Assembly (NCBI GenBank): GCA_002371755.1
Contig: DFGM01000142.1
Location: 1-56,517, forward strand
Reading direction: 5' to 3'
From: Verrucomicrobia bacterium UBA3750
GTDB lineage: Bacteria; Verrucomicrobiota; Kiritimatiellia; RFP12; UBA1067
DNA: 56,517 nucleotides
The notes beneath the pieces were generated by a model. It was given only the letters and a program-made list of their open reading frames with translations, was not told the DNA's origin and ran no database searches. Positions 34,766 through 41,792 of this stretch are shown here, piece after piece; position 1 is the first letter of the stretch, and each line of letters starts with the position of its first letter. The position numbers and the translations under genes were made by a program.

Positions 34766-34880
34766 TCGGGTGCGCAACCCACGACCGTTCATGCCGTTTC
34801 CGGCCAACAATTTTGTCCTGGTCTTCCGCACCCGATTCGCCAATATTATATCACAACCCCTTCAGGAAAGGCAAGCGCAA

Positions 34881-35603
34881 ATGGTGGATTCAATCGAGTT
34901 TTCAGAACTGGAGATAAGGGAGTTTGAAAACGCCTTAAAGGAGGCTGAAAAGGCGGTTGACAAGCTCTCTCTCCCGGCCTCGCGCAAGACGATCATCGAG
35001 GCCGCGAACGCCGGGCTGGTCAATGGACTGCGCCGCTATTTCCGTCAGCGCGAGCAGATGCCGGGGCGGAAGGACGGTTTTCCGTGGTTCGGCCAGGCAT
35101 ACCCAAAGAGCTACTTCTGGTACGGCACGCGCGGCACGTCCGTCGCCGAGAGGATTCGTGTCACGCTGTCCTCGCCGACGCGGATGGTCGGACAGGTGAC
35201 TATTGCATCGCCCGCGCTCGCCCGCATGGTTGCCGAGCATCCGCAGCCGATCCGTCCAAAGGGTGGGCGGCGATTCCTGGCGATTCCTGCCTCGCCTCTG
35301 GCCGCGAACTGGTCAGGCATGCCGAAGGACTTCCCAGGCGGCCTCCGTTTTGCATTCTCGAAGACGCCAGACGGGAACTGGCTGCCGTCCCTTGTCGCCG
35401 CTTCAAACGTCAAACGATCGGGCAAGGGGTCTGGTGGTGTCACGGCGAGCGGAAAGAAAGGCGCTGGCTCGGTCGTCTATTGGCTCGTGCACAAGGTCAA
35501 CCCGCGTCGCGATCGGACGGCGATGCCGTCGATTCACGATCAGAAGGCGTTTGCGAGGAGTTCGGTCGCGGTGGCGGTCAAGCGCATCTTGGCGACGCAG
35601 TGA
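34881..35603 (+). CDS. virion morphogenesis protein (Mu gpG-like, tentative)
   Basis: 240 aa from MVDSIEF (RBS AGGAAAGG). The pattern ...RYFRQREQ...VTIASPALARMVAEHPQPIRPKGGRRFLAIPA resembles gpG/tail-completion families. Last ORF before the right end. Confidence 0.45.
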   Translation: MVDSIEFSELEIREFENALKEAEKAVDKLSLPASRKTIIEAANAGLVNGLRRYFRQREQMPGRKDGFPWFGQAYPKSYFWYGTRGTSVAERIRVTLSSPTRMVGQVTIASPALARMVAEHPQPIRPKGGRRFLAIPASPLAANWSGMPKDFPGGLRFAFSKTPDGNWLPSLVAASNVKRSGKGSGGVTASGKKGAGSVVYWLVHKVNPRRDRTAMPSIHDQKAFARSSVAVAVKRILATQ

Positions 35604-35639
35604 TTTTTTCCATTTCAATTTGATTCGGCGGTTGCGCGG

Positions 35640-35761
35640 GTGTCTCTTTCCCATATTGCGCTTTCGCGCCGTCGCGGATCGGCACCATGCTTTCGGCCAG
35701 TCGTGTCCGGCTTAATCCGTCTTCTGTCGGTTCTTTTCCCGTTTCCCAGCAGACTGATTCA
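35640..35761. repeat. putative prophage right end with inverted TGGGAAA-type motifs
   Basis: CTTTCCCA at 35646-35653, and TTTTCCCGTTTCCCA at 35734-35748 (reverse complements of TGGGAAAG / TGGGAAAC). Ends ...GACTGATTCA at 35761. Confidence 0.4.
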
Positions 35762-35782
35762 CGGCGTGCCCCGTGAGCAGTG

Positions 35783-35811
35783 TTGCATCGTGCACGGAAT
35801 TGTGGTATAAT
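35783..35811 (+). promoter_or_regulatory. sigma70-type promoter (extended -10) for the small membrane protein / nadC / coaX cluster
   Basis: TTGCAT (35783-35788), 17-nt spacer, TGgTATAAT (TATAAT at 35806-35811). The ATG at 35819 lies only ~8 nt after the -10 element. Confidence 0.6.
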
Positions 35812-35818
35812 ACGCGTC

Positions 35819-36052
35819 ATGAAAATCAAAAAGCCAATGAAAGTGAAGCCAATGGCACCGGCTGCGCCCGCCACAGGCGGCGCCACGATCGCCGATCGTT
35901 TCAAGCTGGATGTCCCTGCGGCTCCGGCAGCGGGCAGCGTCAGCAAAACCGCAGCTTCTGTCGCGCTTGCCGCCGGCGCACTCGCGCTCGTGGTTTCCGG
36001 CATCCTCGCATTCGTTCTGTTCAATCATCTCCAGTCCCTGACAGGGGCTTGA
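35819..36052 (+). CDS. small C-terminally anchored membrane protein
   Basis: 77 aa from MKIKKPMKVKP. Ala/Pro-rich linker, then a TM helix (AASVALAAGALALVVSGILAFVLF). The start is uncertain; the alternative in-frame Met within MKVKPMAP is also possible. Confidence 0.5.
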   Translation: MKIKKPMKVKPMAPAAPATGGATIADRFKLDVPAAPAAGSVSKTAASVALAAGALALVVSGILAFVLFNHLQSLTGA

Positions 36053-36065
36053 GGCGGGAGGAGCC

Positions 36066-36959
36066 ATGAAGGACGTAATGCGTTCGAAGAGAGCGCAAGC
36101 CGCTGTGAGGCTTGCGCTTGATGAAGATTTGTGCGCGGAAGGTTCCACACGCTGGTGCGACGCCACGAGCGAAGCGCTCGTCGATCCCGATGCCGTTGCG
36201 ACGGGCGAAATATATCCCAAGGGGGAAGGATGCATCGTCTCCGGCACGACTGTCGCCAAAGCAGTGATGAAGGCGATAGACAGCGCCATCGTCGTGAAGA
36301 TCCTCAAGAAGGATGGCGACTTTGCAAAGCCCGGCGAGCAAATCCTGACATTCCGCGGCAAGGCGCGCAGCATTCTCGCCGCGGAACGCACCGCCCTCAA
36401 CTTCATGCAGCGCATGTGCGCCACGGCTACGCTCGCGCACAAGTTCGTCAAGGCGACAGCCAAATACGGCACCATCATTCTCGACACGCGCAAGACCACG
36501 CCCGGGCTTAGAGTGTTTGAAAAGTACGCCGTCCTTTGCGGCGGCGGCACGAACCACCGCATGGGGATGTATGACAGGGTGCTTATGAAGGATAACCATC
36601 GCCGCCTTTGGCGTGGCGGCAATCCAGACGAGCTGGACAAAGCCGTGGCTGCCGCGCGAAAGGCATTCCCCAAGCTTGATGTCGAGGTGGAAGTCGAAAA
36701 TATGCGCGAGCTCAAGAGCGCACTCAAGGCAAAGCCCGAGTGGATCATGCTCGACAACATGTCGCCTGCCGACATGAAGAAGTGCGTCAAACTCTGCAAG
36801 GGCATCTGCAAGACCGAGGCTTCCGGCGGCATCACGCTCGAAAAGGCGGCTCAAATAGCCGCAACTGGCGTCACCGCGATTTCCCTCGGCTGCCTAACGC
36901 ATTCCGCAGGCTCGGTAGACCTTTCGCTTGAATGGAGTGCCGTAGGCAAGGCGCGTTGA
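36066..36959 (+). CDS. nadC: nicotinate-nucleotide diphosphorylase (quinolinate phosphoribosyltransferase)
   Basis: 297 aa. LAAERTALNFMQRMCATAT and ILDTRKTTPGLRVFEKYAVLCGGGTNHRMGMYDRVLMKDNH are typical NadC motifs. Confidence 0.92.
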   Translation: MKDVMRSKRAQAAVRLALDEDLCAEGSTRWCDATSEALVDPDAVATGEIYPKGEGCIVSGTTVAKAVMKAIDSAIVVKILKKDGDFAKPGEQILTFRGKARSILAAERTALNFMQRMCATATLAHKFVKATAKYGTIILDTRKTTPGLRVFEKYAVLCGGGTNHRMGMYDRVLMKDNHRRLWRGGNPDELDKAVAAARKAFPKLDVEVEVENMRELKSALKAKPEWIMLDNMSPADMKKCVKLCKGICKTEASGGITLEKAAQIAATGVTAISLGCLTHSAGSVDLSLEWSAVGKAR

Positions 36960-36978
36960 TTGGCTGGAGGCAGGCGTC

Positions 36979-37755
36979 ATGTTGGTAATAGACGTTGGCA
37001 ACACCAGCACGGCACTGGGAATCTGGCGCTCGGGGCGCGTCGGCGGAATCGTCCATTGCGATGGCGATTTCGCCGAATCTTTCGGCGCGGCCGACCGCTT
37101 AATCGCGAAATACCATCCGGAAGCTATTGCCTACGTATCGGTAGTGCCTGCGAAAGACGCCAAATGGGCGCGTTTCGCAAAATCGAGAGGCCTGCGCCTT
37201 TGCGTCATCTCCTGCGATGCCTATCCGGGAAAGCTTTGCTATGACAACCCTCGCGCTATCGGCGCCGACAGGCTCGCCGACGCTGCAGGCGCGATTGAAC
37301 GCTATGGCGCCCCTGTCCTTGTGATGGATTTCGGCACGGCCCTCACTGCCGCGGTAGTCACAAGCGATGGCGTCTGGCGTGGCGGCGCCATCGCCCCGGG
37401 ATTCCCAGTGATGGGGGATTACCTCAACGAACGCACGGCAAAACTACCCAAAATCGAACTCGGCAAGGGGAAAGCCCCCAAAATAGGCCGCTCTACAGAG
37501 GAGGCTATGCGGTTTGGCGCTCTAGTGGGCTACCGCGGAATGGTAAAAGAGATTGTCGCCCAGCTGAAGGCGAACTTCAATGAAGACTTCCGCCTCGTCG
37601 CTACCGGCGGCTATGCGCGCTGGGCACTGAAGAATGTCGGCCTCGATTTCCGGATCGACCCCGACCTCACCCTTTTTGGCGCAGGGCTTCTCGCCTCCCG
37701 CCAACTGAAGCTCTCGCCTTCCCGACCGCCCCAAAACCGCACCAAAGGAGTCTGA
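36979..37755 (+). CDS. coaX: type III pantothenate kinase
   Basis: 258 aa. N-terminal MLVIDVGNTSTALGIW, DFGTALT, and GGYA near the C-terminus, typical of CoaX. Confidence 0.9.
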   Translation: MLVIDVGNTSTALGIWRSGRVGGIVHCDGDFAESFGAADRLIAKYHPEAIAYVSVVPAKDAKWARFAKSRGLRLCVISCDAYPGKLCYDNPRAIGADRLADAAGAIERYGAPVLVMDFGTALTAAVVTSDGVWRGGAIAPGFPVMGDYLNERTAKLPKIELGKGKAPKIGRSTEEAMRFGALVGYRGMVKEIVAQLKANFNEDFRLVATGGYARWALKNVGLDFRIDPDLTLFGAGLLASRQLKLSPSRPPQNRTKGV

Positions 37756-37761
37756 ATCCAC

Positions 37762-38277
37762 ATGAAATTGCCGCTTATCGCCTGTCTCGCCGCCGCCTTT
37801 ACCCTCTCCGGCTGCGGTCCCTTCTGGGTGAACCCCTATATCACCGTCCACAAGAGCCACCTGAACTGGGTGGAAATACACTATTACAACCTCAAGCACA
37901 AGCCACCGCGCAAAACCGCAGTCTATCTGAACGGTGCAGGCCACGTCGAACTGCGCAAGGGCACAAGCGAACTCGTATCCAACGACTTCGCCAAGCGCAA
38001 CGACTCCAAAGAATGGGAAAAGATAAAGACGCAGCGCGTCAGCGTAGACCCCGACCATATCAACGACATCTTCCAGCATCTCGTCAACTACGGAATCCTG
38101 GACCGTGAAAAGAACTTCAAGGCTTCGAAAAAGAAGGAGTTCGACCGCTTTATCGCCGTCAAAGCCAACATCAGCAACTATACGTATTCCGAGCGGGACA
38201 ACATATTTGAAGTCGATCCCGACCTCGCCGAACAGTTGCTTGACGTAGTGCGCGAGTTTGACAATCCCACCCTCTGA
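37762..38277 (+). CDS. lipoprotein, unknown function
   Basis: 171 aa. MKLPLIACLAAAFTLSGC lipobox. Confidence 0.7.
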   Translation: MKLPLIACLAAAFTLSGCGPFWVNPYITVHKSHLNWVEIHYYNLKHKPPRKTAVYLNGAGHVELRKGTSELVSNDFAKRNDSKEWEKIKTQRVSVDPDHINDIFQHLVNYGILDREKNFKASKKKEFDRFIAVKANISNYTYSERDNIFEVDPDLAEQLLDVVREFDNPTL

Positions 38278-38303
38278 CCCTATACGCTTCCTCTTGAACC
38301 GCA

Positions 38304-39038
38304 ATGACCGGATACGACACCTGCGACTCCGCCGACATTCCCAGCTCGAAAGACCTGCGCGATGAAGCCTGGTCTGCGCTCGAGGACAGGGGATATTGGC
38401 CTTTCGTGGGCGCCGGCATCGTGCTCATGCTCATATCGGGCTTTTTCTCCATCCCTTTTTTCAGCACGGTGCTCACCATACATTTGATGAATGGTCTGGT
38501 AGATGTCAAAAGCTCGCACCTTGACATCCAAAGTCTCGTGACCTTTGTCCTCGCGCTATCCGTCGCCGCCGTCCCGCTTTTGTACATAATTGGGCTGGGG
38601 ACATTCTCCGACGCAAAGATGTCTCTCGCCGCCATCCGGCGCGAAATGAGGTTTGAACTCTTCTGGAGCGGCTATGGGCACGGCTGGAAAACGCTCGGGC
38701 TGTTGCTTGTCATGTCGTTTTACATCCTATTGTGGTCGCTCTTGCTGATCTTGCCGGGGATAAAGAAAGCTTTTTCCTATGCCATGGCGCCGTATATCCT
38801 CGTGGAACATCCCGATTGGAGCATAAAGAAGTGCATTGCCGTTTCTTCAACCATGATGAAAGGCAGCAGGCTCCGGCTTTGCGACCTCCTCTTGAGTTTT
38901 CTTGTCTGGTTTGTTCTTGCCGTCCTCGCAAGCCGCGTCCGCGTAATCGGCCACTTCGTAAACGCCTTTTACATGCCATACCCGCAAACAGCCGTTGCTG
39001 CGTTCTACGAAGATTTGAAACGCCGATTCCGCATGTAA
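38304..39038 (+). CDS. DUF975-like integral membrane protein
   Basis: 244 aa. Multi-pass membrane protein. The N-terminal pattern (DLRDEAWSALEDRGYWPFVGAGIVLMLI) and overall topology resemble DUF975. Confidence 0.6.
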   Translation: MTGYDTCDSADIPSSKDLRDEAWSALEDRGYWPFVGAGIVLMLISGFFSIPFFSTVLTIHLMNGLVDVKSSHLDIQSLVTFVLALSVAAVPLLYIIGLGTFSDAKMSLAAIRREMRFELFWSGYGHGWKTLGLLLVMSFYILLWSLLLILPGIKKAFSYAMAPYILVEHPDWSIKKCIAVSSTMMKGSRLRLCDLLLSFLVWFVLAVLASRVRVIGHFVNAFYMPYPQTAVAAFYEDLKRRFRM

Positions 39039-39100
39039 ATCCCGATGCGCCTGCCTGCATCCAGGCGTGCGGCTTACTGACCTTGAGGGATTATTTTTAC

Positions 39101-39176
39101 TGGTCGGACTGGCGGGGATCGGACCCGCGACCCCAACATTAAAAGTGTCGTGCTCTACCAACTGAGCTACAGTCCG
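39101..39176 (-). tRNA. tRNA-Lys (anticodon UUU), CCA encoded
   Basis: Manual cloverleaf on the minus strand: CGGACTG-TA-GCTC-AGTTGGTA-GAGC-A-CGACA-CTTTTAA-TGTTG-GGGTC-GCGGG-TCCGATC-CCCGC-CAGTCCG-A-CCA (76 nt). Confidence 0.92.
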
Positions 39177-39200
39177 TTATTGAGGTGGCAACGGGCGCAT

Positions 39201-39229
39201 ATTATACCGAATTCCTCGCGGAAAATCAA
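39201..39229 (-). promoter_or_regulatory. promoter of tRNA-Lys
   Basis: On the minus strand: TTGATT (39229-39224), 17-nt spacer, TATAAT (39206-39201), ~25 nt upstream of the mature tRNA 5' end. Confidence 0.55.
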
Positions 39230-39239
39230 GGGGGTGCGC

Positions 39240-39254
39240 CAAAAAATCTAGGGG
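39240..39254. repeat. left copy of the 15-bp target-site duplication of the IS
   Basis: CAAAAAATCTAGGGG immediately abuts IRL. An identical copy lies at 40711-40725. Confidence 0.8.
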
Positions 39255-40710
39255 TGTCGCGTGGATTTCAAAAGCGGAATTTTTGTGGAGAGCAAAAGCG
39301 GAATGCTCTTAGACGTTTCCGACCCTTGGATTGGTCGAAAACACGACCCTTGGACGCACTGCATGTTCCGGTTTGTTCAGCACGATCGAGAATGACCCGT
39401 CCACATGCCGGCACAGCCAGCCACGAGTCCCATTCGCGCACCCGGTCGGGCACCACAGTCCGTCGACGACAGCCTTCCCCCCTGGGCCTATGACGATGCC
39501 GCCCCACTGCGCCCACACAAGCTCCCACCATCCGTCATCAGGGATCGGGCGTATCTTCGAGCGTCCCTCGGCAATCGCCTTTTCCCACGCTGCCCTGGGA
39601 GTCATTCGTATTTCGCTGTGCACCTCAAAGTCGTTCCGGTAATCGACGAGCGAATCGATCCTGCCGTTCACAACCTCCAGCGGAGTGTCGACGCCCACCC
39701 CTTCATTCTTGAAATACCGAGGCAGCCTGTCCTGCCAGACCTGATGAACCCGCTCGATCTTCCCCTTCGCGGCAGGCGTGTTCGCGCACATGAAAGTGAT
39801 GCCGTAAAACCTCAACCGTTTTGCGAGCTGGGTGTCGGATCCGTCGTCCTTGCAGAAGAATGTCGCCTTGTCGACATAGATCTGCAGAGGCAGCCCGTAG
39901 CGCATGAAAGCCTTGTAAAACAAGTGCAAATACGAATCCACGCGCTCATGGCTGTACAGCGAGCAGCCCACCTGGAGCCTGCTACAGTCGTCAAGCATGT
40001 CTATCAGATGCAGCTGCGAATGCTCCCTGCCAAAGAAGTAGTCCGGCGTGGCGTCAAGCTGCCACAGTTCGCCGATGCTGGTGCGCTGCCACCGCCTGAC
40101 ATGCGGCGTGACGCGAGGCTTCCCGAGGAAGCTCTTGATGCCATGGTCGATCGCCCAGTGCCGCACCTGCCCCCTGTCCACGGCAAACCCGAACTTGCGC
40201 CCCAGCTCGCTCGCCGCGAACGCGTACGAGTACCTGTCGGCATTGCTGTGCGCGCCAAGGACTCTACGCAGGAACGACTGCACCTCCTCCGGCCACGCCT
40301 GCATGTGATTCCCGCCGGACGATCCCGGAATCCAGGTTTCTGACGCTCCCCTTGCCTTTGCCCTGAGAAAATCCGCCTTCAGCTCATAGAGCCTGGTCTT
40401 TCCGATGCCAAGCTCGGAGAGTGCCTGCACGAGTGAAATGGAGCCTTCCGAGAAGGACTTTACCGTGTCGCGCACGTGCGCGACGCCCAGCCTGTTTGCA
40501 ATCTGTTTTTTCATGGCGGAATTGTATCAAATTCCGCTTTTGCTCTCCACATCGGGCGGCGGCCCCCCTAGGGGGGCCTTAGGGATCAGACTTGGTTGAC
40601 GACACCCAATAAAAACGGCCTAATCTGTCGCTGAAGCCCGCCAAACAATCCCCAAAATGCCATTCCGCTTTTGCTCTCCACAAGTTTCCGCTTTTGCTTT
40701 CACCGCGACA
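39255..40710. mobile_element. IS481-family-like insertion sequence (1456 bp)
   Basis: Single rve-type DDE transposase ORF. ~50-bp imperfect terminal inverted repeats starting TGTCGCG (IRL TGTCGCGTGGATTTCAAAAGCGGAATTTTTGTGGAGAGCAAAAGCGGAATG; IRR reverse complement TGTCGCGGTGAAAGCAAAAGCGGAAACTTGTGGAGAGCAAAAGCGGAATG). Flanked by a perfect 15-bp direct repeat. Confidence 0.85.
39309..40514 (-). CDS. DDE (rve) transposase, IS481-like
   Basis: 401 aa. N-terminal HTH (GIGKTRLYELK). Catalytic-core landmarks WQLDATP, IYVDKATFF and AAKGKIERVHQ. Confidence 0.85.
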   Translation of the reverse strand: MKKQIANRLGVAHVRDTVKSFSEGSISLVQALSELGIGKTRLYELKADFLRAKARGASETWIPGSSGGNHMQAWPEEVQSFLRRVLGAHSNADRYSYAFAASELGRKFGFAVDRGQVRHWAIDHGIKSFLGKPRVTPHVRRWQRTSIGELWQLDATPDYFFGREHSQLHLIDMLDDCSRLQVGCSLYSHERVDSYLHLFYKAFMRYGLPLQIYVDKATFFCKDDGSDTQLAKRLRFYGITFMCANTPAAKGKIERVHQVWQDRLPRYFKNEGVGVDTPLEVVNGRIDSLVDYRNDFEVHSEIRMTPRAAWEKAIAEGRSKIRPIPDDGWWELVWAQWGGIVIGPGGKAVVDGLWCPTGCANGTRGWLCRHVDGSFSIVLNKPEHAVRPRVVFSTNPRVGNV

Positions 40711-40725
40711 CAAAAAATCTAGGGG
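40711..40725. repeat. right copy of the 15-bp target-site duplication
   Basis: CAAAAAATCTAGGGG. Contains the stop codon (CTA on plus = TAG on minus, 40719-40721) of the thermonuclease gene. Confidence 0.8.
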
Positions 40726-41207
40726 CGGGAATTGTATGCCCGTTTGCGCTTGTTGCGCTTGCGCCACTCCTGGGGATTGACAGGATCGGGATTCGCCCAG
40801 AGGCCAAGCTTTTGTTCTCGTGCATCCCGTTCGGCGTCACAGTATGCGACAGTCTTGTCGAACCGTCGATAGTGCCACGCGTTGCCGGTCGCCACCATCT
40901 CAAGGTTGATGTCCAGATCTTCCAGGAAGATGAGCCCTAGGATTCTGCCGTATCTATCCTTCTTGTCGTAGCAGATCCTGACAGTCTTCCCGAAGATCTT
41001 ATTCCTTAAATGTTCCGCAGCCTCCTTGCCGTACTCCTGCCGCGATTCCGGAGCATCGATCCTATCAAGCCGAATCTTCGATTTCTCGCTCCCTGCAAGC
41101 AAATGCACGGTATCGCCGTCATAAACCTTCACCACCCTGCCTTCAATCGTATCGGCAAGGACCGCACCAGCGACAAGCGCTGCAACTATGGCAAATATAC
41201 GCTTCAT
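40719..41207 (-). CDS. secreted thermonuclease (SNase-like)
   Basis: 162 aa from MKRIFAIVAALVAGAVLA (signal peptide). VYDGDTVHL...IRLDRIDAPESRQEYG...DRYGRILG...ATGNAWHY are typical staphylococcal-nuclease-fold motifs. Confidence 0.85.
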   Translation of the reverse strand: MKRIFAIVAALVAGAVLADTIEGRVVKVYDGDTVHLLAGSEKSKIRLDRIDAPESRQEYGKEAAEHLRNKIFGKTVRICYDKKDRYGRILGLIFLEDLDINLEMVATGNAWHYRRFDKTVAYCDAERDAREQKLGLWANPDPVNPQEWRKRNKRKRAYNSRP

Positions 41208-41265
41208 ATGGTTTATTGCTCCTTTTCTGCAACGACTCCTGTGTTTCTCAATGGTAATCTTCATG

Positions 41266-41298
41266 AATATATTCGCACTCTGTCGCAAAATCTGACAA
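41266..41298 (-). promoter_or_regulatory. conserved promoter-like motif, copy 1 (upstream of thermonuclease)
   Basis: Minus strand: TTGTCAGATTTTGCGACAGAGTGCGAATATA. TTGTCA, 19 nt, then an A/T-rich hexamer. Confidence 0.45.
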
Positions 41299-41792
41299 CT
41301 TGCATTGTCAAAAATCTGGTTCTTCGCAAGATTTAACGGGCAAATTGGATAAATATCAACGCGTGGCCGCACGGAGGACGGGAATGCCAATGAGAATAAG
41401 TTCAACAATGCCGACAATGGGAGAACGACAACATCAACAATCGCCTGTGCTTGTGCTTCGGCGCATCACGATATAATTGTCATTATTGGATAAAATTGTT
41501 GCCATTATTGAAAATATCCAATAGGGGGAAACAAGTCAGGCAAGGGTGCCGGGAGTTGAGGGTGGAGTAAGAGAAACTATCTATATGATGGAACGACAGG
41601 CCGTATCTGCATCATGCCCATCATGGATAGTGCATGGTGCGAATGAAATCGGAATACTGCTGTGCGGAACAATCGCCGACAACATGCCAATGAGCGAAGT
41701 TGAGCGCAAGTTCGCCGCACGGGCCAGCAAAGCAACTACAACAACAAGCCATTTCAAATCATACCCCATGTTTGACCCTTTACAAGTCACCG

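Larger units (their letters stand above)
5283..35761. mobile_element. Mu-like transposable prophage (~30.5 kb), early arm leftward, late arm rightward
   Basis: Contains a MuA-like transposase plus MuB-like AAA+ ATPase pair, DUF3164-like and GemA-like genes, a Mu gp28-like terminase, a DUF935-type portal, a Mu-I-type protease/scaffold, and MuF-like and gpG-like genes. It interrupts host genes (ketosynthase on the left; small membrane protein and nadC on the right). Ends are proposed from TG...CA termini and repeated TGGGAAA motifs. Boundaries are uncertain by tens of bp, and no clean 5-bp duplication was found. Confidence 0.75.

Noticed and set aside
34767-34838. 9-bp inverted repeat TCGGGTGCG...CGCACCCGA, separated by ~52 nt, in the gap between the MuF-like and gpG-like genes. 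Also a possible upstream start at 34789 (MPFPANN...), and the idea of a small immunity ORF here.
   Set aside because: The stem is short with a very long loop and no T-run. The 34789 start lacks an RBS, whereas ATG 34881 has AGGAAAGG. No independent small ORF fits in the gap.
39101-39176. tRNA-Lys as the integration site of the lower-GC island.
   Set aside because: The island lies on the 5'/promoter side of the tRNA. No partial tRNA 3'-end repeat and no integrase gene is visible in the window. The adjacency alone is not evidence of tRNA-targeted integration.
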